DNA from: Podarcis erhardii
Lineage: Eukaryota
Strand: one strand, 5' to 3'
DNA length: 64,000 bases
Assembly: GCA_964252035.1 (NCBI GenBank)
Contig: OZ176207.1
Below the pieces are notes generated by a model. That model was given only the letters and a program-made list of their open reading frames with translations. It ran no database searches and was not told the origin of the DNA. Below, in pieces: positions 26,801 through 38,100 of this stretch. Position numbers and translations under genes: made by a program. Each line of letters starts with the position of its first letter. Within the stretch, counting starts at the first letter, position 1.

Positions 26801-29800
26801 TTTATCAAAGCTGGCAGACACAAATTCTTTCCCAGTAGGAGAGTAATCCACATCAAGGACTGCAGACACATGATCCATATGAACCACTACAGGCTTGTCA
26901 AGAAATCGCATATCAAAAGTATATAAGCTGCAAAAGAAAGGATGTTAACACTTTACACTTTATTCCATTATGTTCAATTGCTCAGGTAAAGCTTCATTTC
27001 CAGGGGCTGAATACTAGAATAATCAAATGTATTTTCAAAATCTTTGGACTCACATGTCTGACTTTGATACAGCATTTTGCTTGTATCATGAAGTGTCATA
27101 ATAAAAAAAGGAATTTAAAAGCATTGGAGTAGTTTTTCTATTTTTGTATTTTTTCTTGTACACTCCTCTGAACAAATAAATTACAAAGCAAGCATGGCAG
27201 GTGCCCATTGGACCCCAGGAGTACATTTTACCCTTAGAGGCCAATTCTGCTCTGAGTGAGCTTCAACTTGATACACGTGCAGTGATCTATTGAACCCCCT
27301 CCTTATCAATGAGCCCAGTATTTCATCCAGGCATTGTTTGTTTCTGCTTTGCTTTTTGTTCCATTGTCCTCCCCCGAGGGTTCCTGAAGGAATTGCCAAA
27401 TTGATTATCATATATTGGACATCTTGAAGGTCCACACAGATGGAAAAACCAACAAGTTAAAACAATTTAAATAAGTAGCTCTTTCGATTCCAGATAAAAG
27501 TTAAAATCCAACAGCCTCCTTGTAACTTCTATAAAAATCATATCCTTACACAAAGCAGAAGTCAAAACTTAAAATTACAAATGTTCTGAATAACTACAGA
27601 AGTCTAAATAGAGAGCAAGTAAGGCAACAATAATTCTTACTTGAAGTCCTCATTTGCAGCAGTGAAAATGAAAGCTTCCATGGGATTCCAGCAAAGCGTA
27701 TTTGTTCTCATATCCAAGATAACCTGAGAAAATTTAAATATTTTTCAAACATTTTTCAGATAACCACTAGAAGTTATACAGATGTATTAACAACTGGTAC
27801 AAGTTCCACAAGTTCCCAACATGCCTGTGCAAGGTGTAGAATATGCTGGTGTCAGCATCAAGAATTTCCCAAAAACAAAGCGTATGTAAAGAAACTGACA
27901 AGTAAAAAAACAAAACAAAAAATTACTCAGGATGCAGCCCAAGAACTGCAGATTCAAAATAAGGTACTCATGGCAGCAGCAACCCTCTGAAAAGAAGACT
28001 GGACAAGATGACAAGATATCATCAAGTGTATTTGTCCAATGGATTCTTGTTCACAGAAGCCAGGACTACTAAAAAAATACAGGTCCCATGATCTCAAACT
28101 CACCTAGGCTTCTACAGCTATCAGAAGAACCATAATGCACAATAATTTTTTCTCATATGATGACAATTCCTTTACTGAGGGAATAGTTCACCAATGAAAT
28201 GTACCTGTAGTTCACCAATGAAAACTACAGGCTTGGACACTCCTCTTTTACTTGGGGCAGACTTGTATAGAGGGTAGATATTGTGAAATTATGTTAATTG
28301 GTTTAAATGCAGACCCTGGAACATACTGGTAGTAATTTGCTTTGCTGATCAGAAACTCTGTAACAAGGCTTGAAAAAAAGCCAGATGGCAATGAAAAGAG
28401 ACTGCCCTGATCCTCTGCTGAAGGGATAAAACTGACAACTTACTCTAGCCAGACCCCTACTTGGCAGAAGGCTGATTAGTTGAAAAGTCTTTAGCAGTCC
28501 ATATGCTGTACGGTCCCACTCTAAAAGGCAATAGTGGCGACAGCTGGGAGATATTGTAAGCCAAAGAAGGAAGTTTGTTATCCTCAGTCAGTGAATACCT
28601 TTCACCTTTACTGAACCTTGAAGAGGCTTCAAATATCTCCTTTTTGGTGGGGAAACTATTTGCATACCATGATCTTGTACCATTTATTTACCAAATAACT
28701 GAACAAACCACACCATGAACTGAACCACACCAACAAAATTTCAATTGTGATGTATGATCTATTCTAATCCACAGACAATGTTGTGTATTGAAATGTTCCA
28801 TTTCCACAGCAGTGACATTTCGGAAAAAGGGAGCCTAAGTGTTTTACACAGGTTAAAAAAAGTGAGACTCCAGCTTGCTGACTCACAACCTAAGAGAAAC
28901 AGAAATTAGTACAGTGGTACCTCGGGTTACATACGCTTCAGGTTACAGACTCCGCTAACCCAGAAATAGTACCTCGGGTTAAGAACTTTGCTTCAGGATG
29001 AGAACAGAAATCGTGCAGCGGTGGCACGGCGGCAGCAAGAGGCCCCATTAGCTAAAGTGGTGCTTCAGGTTAAGAAGAGTTTCAGGTTAAGAACGGATCT
29101 CCGGAACGAATTAAGTACTTAACCCGAGGTACCACTGTATAAGGAAGTGTGACACATAAGGGTATGGAGAGGTCCCATGGTACTGTCCTTTTCCAAATCC
29201 GCACTATTTTAATGTGTGTACACACCCACACACCCCACTTGATTATAAAAGCCTCAAAGTGGTGTATAAATAGGTAAAACAATAAAATCAAAAAACATAT
29301 ACAGCAATACTGAAAAACTTTTTTTAAAAATACAGAAGTTATGATACTAAAACAGATTATAACGACCTCAAGTTTCGAAGCTTCTGGGTAGGATTGTCTA
29401 AACAAGAATGTATTTAGCAGGCATCGAAAAGCGTGCAGTGAAGGTGCCTGCTTGATCTCAACAGTTCCAAGGGTAGGTATTCAAAGCATTCTTCATACCT
29501 CCACTATCTCTCTACAGTAGTCTAAAGCAGGGGTGGGGAACTGGATACAGCCCAACAGCTGTTCCCCTACCCCGCTGCCCCCCCCCCTGCACAGGCCACT
29601 TTTGATAGGTGGGTGCTTACCCATCCATCACCTGACATCATCATGGCATCAGTTGAAAGTAGACCAGCTTGAACTCAGGCCAGCTTACTATGAAAGATCC
29701 CTTTAGTTGATCCTCTGCTTTCAACAGGGATAAGATGCAGTCGGAGCTTCCCAATAGGCAGCTCTGGAGCACAGCCAAACACGGTAGGGGTTGCCGTCAG

Positions 29801-29915
29801 TACAGATCAGTTGATCAGCAATGACTGCAAGCCCCGCTTGCTGCAGGGACTGGTTGTGCGTGGGAGCTTCCCAGTGGAACCAATCCCAGTGTCAAATATA
29901 AAATGCACCACATTA

Positions 29916-29960
<45 letters not shown>

Positions 29961-32900
29961 TGCACTATCATTAAATTATTAATCGCCTTTTAAACCACCA
30001 CCTCAAGGCAATTTACATAAAATTTAAAACACTTAAAAACACAAAAACAACAAATACTTTTAAAACAAGACTTAATCCCTAGCAAATGGAGACTTGTGGT
30101 AAAGACCCATTTATCCAGCTAGAAAAGTCCTATTTAGCCAAAGGAAATCTCCGCTTGCCAAGAAACATTTTGGAGCACATTTCAAGTCTGCCAACTGTTC
30201 CTTTGTAGTCAAATATTTATCTGCCTTATTTGCACACCTTATTTGCACCTTATTTGGGTGTGATGTGGGAGGAAACAGCCTTGTGGGCAAAGGCTTCTCA
30301 ATGCTGGCCTAAAGTGATCTCAGAAAAGCTACATTTTCTATATGCTACATGTCAAAGAATTCTATATTAAAAGAATCTTGCACCCAACCGAGAACTATGA
30401 AAATTATGGAGCTCCTTAGCAGTGGAACTTAATAACTTCCCTTCCAAAATGAAAAGGTTTGTGCAGGGAATGCATACACAGACACTTCAGTCACAGGATC
30501 TTAAAGATTATGCATTACCTTCTTCAATGCCGTTGATTGTCTCATGTCATATAGCACAATATTCCTGTCTGAAGCACAGCTTCCCAAAAGGTACATCTGA
30601 AAAATTAGTTGCATATCAAGTAATGTAAATATCGTCAAGCAAAAAACAAAACAAAAAAATTCTTAAATTGTTAAGTGCTAACTGAAAAAGGTATAATATA
30701 TACAGGTCTTGTTTAAACCAGCAGCTCTATCTTTTAAACAGTGTAATTTTCAGCGGCAGTACATAAGCTATCTTATTTAATCTACTGTTGCTAAAAAAGA
30801 AAAAGATAATGTGGAGGGGATAAAGCTCAAGACATTTCCCAGATCTCATGCTTTTAAACTGATTTTAAAACCTAGGAGAATCTAAAAGTAGTCTGAGTGG
30901 GTGGAAGGAATGACAGGGGAACTCTTAAAACTGCTCAGTGTGTGCAATGAGTGCAATCCTTGGATATGTATAGTTAACAGATGCCCTTTTTAGGGTTCAT
31001 GACCCCATCTTACTTTACAATTGGGAAATCTAATACTTTTCGTTTTAAACATCTCTACTTTTCCACCCAAGATTGTGTTCTGCTCCTTTTGCCTTTTCTG
31101 TGAACATCTACCCCCACTTCCTCACTGTCCATCAAGCCATTTCTCCCCTTCCAAAATCCTTCCTCAAAATCTACTTGCAAAAAGCACAGACAAGAAGGTC
31201 TGCTGTCGCCTGTGATTTCTGTGGTCTTTTCACCCTCCTCACTCATTATCTTCCTTCACCTTTAATTACTGAAGTTATCCTCCAACTCCTCTAAAAGGAT
31301 ATACAACTGCATTTTATACAGCGACGCTGACTATGTTGCTGGTACTAAAACATTTAGTGACAGTCCTTACAGTGGAATATATATAAATAAGTTGTTACCT
31401 CAATTGGATTGAATTTGACACTGCTTATGCTATCGACTCCCCACGTCAAAGAGCATAAAGGACTGGTTCTCTGTTCATCCCAGATATCAACTTGATGACC
31501 ACAAGTAGCAAAAACAGGATCCTTCCAATGGTGATCAATTCCAGTGTACACAGTCTTTAAAATGCAAATATAAAAAGCAGTACCAACAATGAATTGCTGG
31601 TTTTATACTCGGAGGGTTTTGTGCTTAGTGCCAATGCCAGGAACCGCAAGAGACATCTAAAACAGTCAGAGTAAGGGAGTCCTGCTTCAGCAACCATTGC
31701 TGAGCAGGATTTATTTCTTTTGAAGCCTCCTGTGACCCAGAAATTCAGCAGCGGAATAGCAGCTGGAACATCTGAAGTCAGGGTGGATGCTTGGAAACAC
31801 CCTTGCCTCATCGCCCTCTGGCATCGAGTGCCAACAGGTACAAGAGACAGCAGCAATCTTGATAAGGAAACCCAATCTCATGAGAGACCCTTAAGGTCTC
31901 AATTGTCTGTTTTATTTATTCAGACATTTTGCTAGTCATTTCCAGTAACTTTGGTTAGGAAGAACAGTACAGCATAGCTATTTTTTTAAAAAAATACAGT
32001 TAACCATGGGTACAGCTCTACAAGTACTTCAAAAGTTGCAACCATTTTTTCCCCATTTGTGTGCACAAGCTTTTTTTATCACATTTTCAATTAAAATCCC
32101 ACCAGAGGCAACAGGATAGCAAGTCACTATACCTGAGTGGACCTATTTTTAAAAAGCTAAATGGTAGCTTAATCCACTATCCAGAAATTTTTATTACGGA
32201 AATATCACACCTATTTGCTGAACTTTAAGGAAATGGGGTTAATTATCACTAGCATGAATATATGCAGCTGAATTCTACAACTTACTGCACCAGGGCACAA
32301 ATACACAAGAGGTATGGCAGGAAATTACAACCTGATTCTTCCTGCAGCCTTTTCAGTGGTCTTTCCATGCCTAAATCTCACCCTTAGTATTCTTCCAGAT
32401 ACTGGGTTGAAAACTCATCTTCCTGCTGAATTTTTGGTGGCTGACAAATGTGACAACTCACATTTATGGTATTTTATGCCAATTATGTAATTTATGATAA
32501 TTATTTTAATGATTTTGGTTAAGGTGTTTTATGCTTCTTTTCTCTCTTTTTTGTAAAACAACCCATGACCATTTTTGTTGAAGGCCAGTATAAAACTCTA
32601 ATAAATAAACTAACTCATACAGAGGCTTTGTACCAGCATTGCAAGGGCACTCAGCTTATGGGAATATTGTCCGATAACGGCATTCAGTGACACCTACAAC
32701 ATCTTTGACACTACAGATCGAAGGTCAATAGTTTTCTGCTCGTATTCAAGTAAAACAATACCTTCATCTGAATCTTTAAACACAGAAGGAAAGGGAGAGC
32801 AAAACAAGACAATGAATAAAGTAATACCTTTCCAAGAATCGTATTTAGTGGTTCTTCTGCTTCCCCATAAGCTGGCACCTCCATTTTCCAGTGCTTCACT

Positions 32901-35158
32901 GTTTTATCATCACCAACCTATTGATTTGGGAGAAAACATTGTATTCATAGTAAGAGAGTTACAATTCAGTCCTTCTGACGTTTATGTGAAACTAACAAGT
33001 GTGCATAGTCAATCTTAAATTTACTTCCTGGAGGAAGAACTGTGAGGGGAGAGACTTCATCAGGCAAGGCCTTCTTCCACCTGCCTTGCCCCACCCTCCA
33101 GTCTCTGCTTCTCAGTTTGTATTGTATTATTTTATGCACTGTGATTTGCCATTGTTTTATTGATTATAGTTCAGAAATTATTTATTATAATTGTTTAGAG
33201 TGGATTTCTGTTTAATTTTCATATGTGATATTTAATATTATTCTATACTATTCTAATGGATTGTTGAATATTACTTTATTTGATATAGGTTGCTTATTTT
33301 CAAGTTATGTTTTATTATCACATTTTTGTCTTGGATTAGATTGTTATAAGGTGTACATTCTTTGTTTCTTCAACCTGCAAACCACCTTGGGTATTGTAAA
33401 AATAGAAAGAAGGTACAGTATACAAATTAAAAGTGATGATAAACATGGTGCCAGATTGCATTTCTTCCAGACTGAATGACAAATTTCTCACATATATATA
33501 TACATATATATGCTTTCGTAGATTTTCACGGGTACAGGAATGCAGGTTTTGGTGTCCTCGGGTGTCTTCCCGTGTAAAAGTTGGGGTGTCTAGGCGACGT
33601 TTCGACGAGGTCTCACTCGTCATCTTCAGGCTGGTGCTTTCGGCTTCTTGTTACTGGAACAGAGCAGGATCTCAGTGTTTGAGTTCCTATAAATACTGTA
33701 GAGGGGGTGTGGTGTATAGCCTCCAATGTTCTGGGCAGAGAGGAAGTTCCCAGGCTAGTGTGCCTTTTCTTCTTTTGTTCCTTAATTACTTGAGAGATAT
33801 CCTGAGTGATTTCTTGAGTGATATCCTGAGTACCACTTAGGTGGGTCATTAGGTGTGGATTAGTTGTTAAAGTCTTTGTGTCTTGACCTCTTGAACTTTG
33901 TGAAGAGTTTTCCTGAGAAGATGGCTGTACTGTACTTAGTTGTGCTCTGGCTTGGCTTCGTGTATAGGGGCGAGCTGTGGTTTTGTGGCTTGTGTCAGCC
34001 AGATCTGTGTAGGGATTGCAGGGGGGTGCAGCATCCGGAGGTGCCACCATGGATTGGCTACTGGATGGTGTCTGTAATTCATCTGTGGAGAGGGTCTGGG
34101 TTTGGGTCTGGTGTGGTTGATTGGTGTTGGCGTTCTGTGTGCCTCTGGATCTGGTGTCAGTTTTTGTGGGGAGGGCTAATTTCCAGATGTCTGGCAAGCG
34201 GGATGTGTCGTCACGCTTGTTCATGTTGTGAGGGTGTTTCTCTATCTCGATGGCTTCCATGATTATTCTCTTGTGGTGATGTTCCGTGTTAAAGAGCAAT
34301 TTGGAATCTGCAAAATTAATTTCGTGTCCTGTTTCTTTCATGTGAAAAGAAAACATGAAAGAAACAGGACACGAAATTAATTTTGCAGATTCCAAATTGC
34401 TCTTTAACACGGAACATCACCACAAGAGAATAATCATGGAAGCCATCGAGATAGAGAAACACCCTCACAACATGAACAAGCGTGACGACACATCCCGCTT
34501 GCCAGACATCTGGAAATTAGCCCTCCCCACAAAAACTGACACCAGATCCAGAGGCACACAGAACGCCAACACCAATCAACCACACCAGACCCAAACCCAG
34601 ACCCTCTCCACAGATGAATTACAGACACCATCCAGTAGCCAATCCATGGTGGCACCTCCGGATGCTGCACCCCCCTGCAATCCCTACACAGATCTGGCTG
34701 ACACAAGCCACAAAACCACAGCTCGCCCCTATACACGAAGCCAAGCCAGAGCACAACTAAGTACAGTACAGCCATCTTCTCAGGAAAACTCTTCACAAAG
34801 TTCAAGAGGTCAAGACACAAAGACTTTAACAACTAATCCACACCTAATGACCCACCTAAGTGGTACTCAGGATATCACTCAAGAAATCACTCAGGATATC
34901 TCTCAAGTAATTAAGGAACAAAAGAAGAAAAGGCACACTAGCCTGGGAACTTCCTCTCTGCCCAGAACATTGGAGGCTATACACCACACCCCCTCTACAG
35001 TATTTATAGGAACTCAAACACTGAGATCCTGCTCTGTTCCAGTAACAAGAAGCCGAAAGCACCAGCCTGAAGATGACGAGTGAGACCTCATCGAAACGTC
35101 GCCTAGACACCCCAACTTTTACACGGGAAGACACCCGAGGACACCAAAACCTGCATAC

Positions 35159-35194
<36 letters not shown>

Positions 35195-38100
35195 CCCAGT
35201 CATTTACAACTTCCCCTTCCCTGGTTCCTTTAATTTTCCCATCCATCCCACCTATTCTTGTATATCCATTTAGCTCCCTTATTTCTTTATTATTCTTTTG
35301 TTTTGTATTATATTGTTGAATTTACCTTAATCCTACTAACGTTTGCACATGTTTACAGTTGCATCCAAATACTCCACAAAATTTTTCCATTCCTCTTTAT
35401 ATACTTGATTTTCTTGTTCTCTTATTTTACTTGTTAGACCCGCTAACTCTGCATATTTCGTCATTTTTAATTGCCAGATCTCCTTATTTGGGACCTCACT
35501 CACTGATTGTGAGTGACAAATCTATTGTTCTTCCAGCTGCATGCCTAAACATGTTTAAAGATCTATGGAAAAGGGCTATAAAAGCAACTGTATTTCTGTG
35601 AATAACATAGTGAACACTGCAAGTAAATGAAAAAGTAAATGAAAAAGAGTTATTAGCTCTAACAGTGTTGCAAATATTCCCGCACATCTATCCCAAGACT
35701 GAAAGCCAATGCAAGTACTCCAGTGGGACTTACTTTTGTCTAAATACAAATTGGATTAGGCTGCACAACAGGTATTAAAAAATACACATAAAATTATTTT
35801 AAGTCTCAGGTGTTTGTACTAAAGAGGGATTGTATTTAACTATGCTGAAGTACACTGCAAGGACTGCATTACTTTACTGAACTGTTTGCTAGAGGCAAAA
35901 GAATTACCTGTACTAAGTGACTGGACTTACAATAGTGACAGAGGATATTTAAATAAGAGGATATGTAAATCTATAGCTTTTTCAAACAAAGAACACATTT
36001 GCTCTTCAAACTCAAAGAAAGCAACAGATTTCTGAAATAGCAGGAGTGGTTTGAAGAATTGGCTTACCCCTGGGCTTGCTTTATGCTCCAAGAAAGTAGC
36101 ATTAGTATGGAAGAGTAAAACCTAAAGAGGTGGGAAACCTTCTTCTGTCTGCATGATCACATTCCGTCATGCTCAACTTTTTGGGTAAAGTCAGAGGCAA
36201 AAATGGGCATCATAACTCTCACCTTTGTACAAGAGGTTGCATTCCACCCACACAAAAGTCAAGAGATTTCTACGAAAACACTTCTACCTCCAGACAGGCA
36301 AAAGCTTTATTGCAGTTCAAAGAGATTTGAACCAGGCAAAAGCACTTAAGGAGAGTGGGGAGAGACCCAAGGGTCAGTGAAAGAAGGCTGGAAGGCTGCA
36401 TTTGACCCTTTCCCTGAGATTCCCTGCCCCTGAACTAGATAAAAAATAAGCTGCTGCAGTAGTAAGCGAGAGTTATAAAATAAAAGTACTTGATTCTATT
36501 ATTTAGAAAACAGAATGGGGGGAAAGTAACAAAGAAAAAGAAGTATACCAAGCACTTTAATATGCCTCCATAATTGCCAATATTATACTTACAGTGAAGA
36601 AAGATGTACCACAGAAACGGGTACACATTCCTCTCACAAAGCCCTCATGTGCCTGCAATGTACGGGTGCATTCACGCTTCATCAAGTTCCAAATTCTAAC
36701 CTATTGGAAACAAATAGCAGCATTGAACAATTCAGCATTAAAACTGTTTTTTGGAACAATATTACAAAACGGTGCGATGCCCTTTTGAAATCTAGAGATC
36801 AGGACAGTGTGATCACAACTTATGTGAAGTTTGTATTTCTGGGGGTTGCATGTAAAGGTAAAATCATTCAAAGTCAGAATGAGCCCCAGAACTGCCCAGC
36901 CACCCAACATCTCAGATGGCCCCACAATATATTGAGGGAGTCTCCAGAGCCCAGTAAACCCTTTACGGAAATAGCTTTTAAGCCCTCCATCTTGCTTGCT
37001 GGGCTCTGGGACAGTCACATGAGGACTCTGGAGATCTTGACTCCATGAGATCTTGGATGATTCCATATGATCTCGCGAGAGCATCCAGAGCCCAGTAAGC
37101 AAGGGTTTCCAGCCCCCTTTCTTCTTATTTGTTGGCAAATTGCATTAAGATCAGATCGAATAAGTAAAATTGGTGATCCTACTATAACATTATTTCAATA
37201 TTTCAGGTAGCAAAATACAGGAAGCTGCTCAATTGTGGATAGAAACCAGAAATTACTGACATGTATAAATAAAGATAATACAAGAGAACCAGGGAAGGGA
37301 GTGGGGGGAAGTCAAGGGATCTAAGTAATCCTAAAATATGAATTTATTATGGTGTGAATTTTTTTCTTTTTCATTTTTTCATTATCTTCTTTTTTGGTTT
37401 ATTTTCTCTTTTTATACTTGTGTGATGATAATGTTTAATTGTAAAAATCAATAAAAAATATTATTTTTAAAAAATTGTGGATAGAAACCAGACAAATAAA
37501 ACAGAGCATTTTGCCAGAGGAGCTTTGAATGACTTGTGTTAAACTGGTAGCTTTTAATTGGTGGTTCAGTTTTTAAGACAATGTTATAATTTAGCTTTTG
37601 AACAGGTCCCAATGGAGGTCAGTGGGATTTACTTCCTAGTACCTGTATATAGGATTGCAGGACTAGGCATCTTCCATGGCTATATCCACAGGCAACACCA
37701 ACTGAAACCAATCGAGTTACTGTTATACAATCCCTCATGCTATGATTGGATCATTACTTCCTGAAGTCACAGGCTTCCATCCTACTCTTCTCCCCAAATA
37801 CCTTGTCTCAAGAGGGAAGGAGAACATACACTAGGAAACAAGAGCAACAGTTAAAATATTCTTAATTGTTTCCATTAAAAAGGCCTTTTTCAGGGCATAG
37901 CACCTAAGCACTAAAACTGAGAGTGCAATCTTGCTCATAGTTATAGGCACACACATAACTGAAATGCAAGGTTCTATTTCTTGCAGAATTAAATAACCAC
38001 AGTAAAAACATGATCTGACACTTTATGGTTGTTGTTTTTATCCAATTATACATACCTCTCCATCACATGCTCCAGACAAAACTGTAGACAAGCTGTTTGG

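Larger units (their letters stand above)
33512..35156. mobile_element. Penelope-like element (Penelope/Poseidon-type) 3' part as a fold-back palindrome in DCAF13 intron 3
   Basis: MKETGHEINF...KRIIMEAIEIEKH...NKRDD..RLPDIW is a PLE GIY-YIG endonuclease C-terminus, present on both strands. Arms 33540-34343 and 34353-35156. Confidence 0.88.

Noticed and set aside
33540-35156. Explanation of the palindrome as a pure sequencing fold-back artefact
   Set aside because: Not favoured because the arms differ at one CpG site, the ends are asymmetric and smaller analogues occur nearby, one with a TSD. It cannot be excluded without reads.
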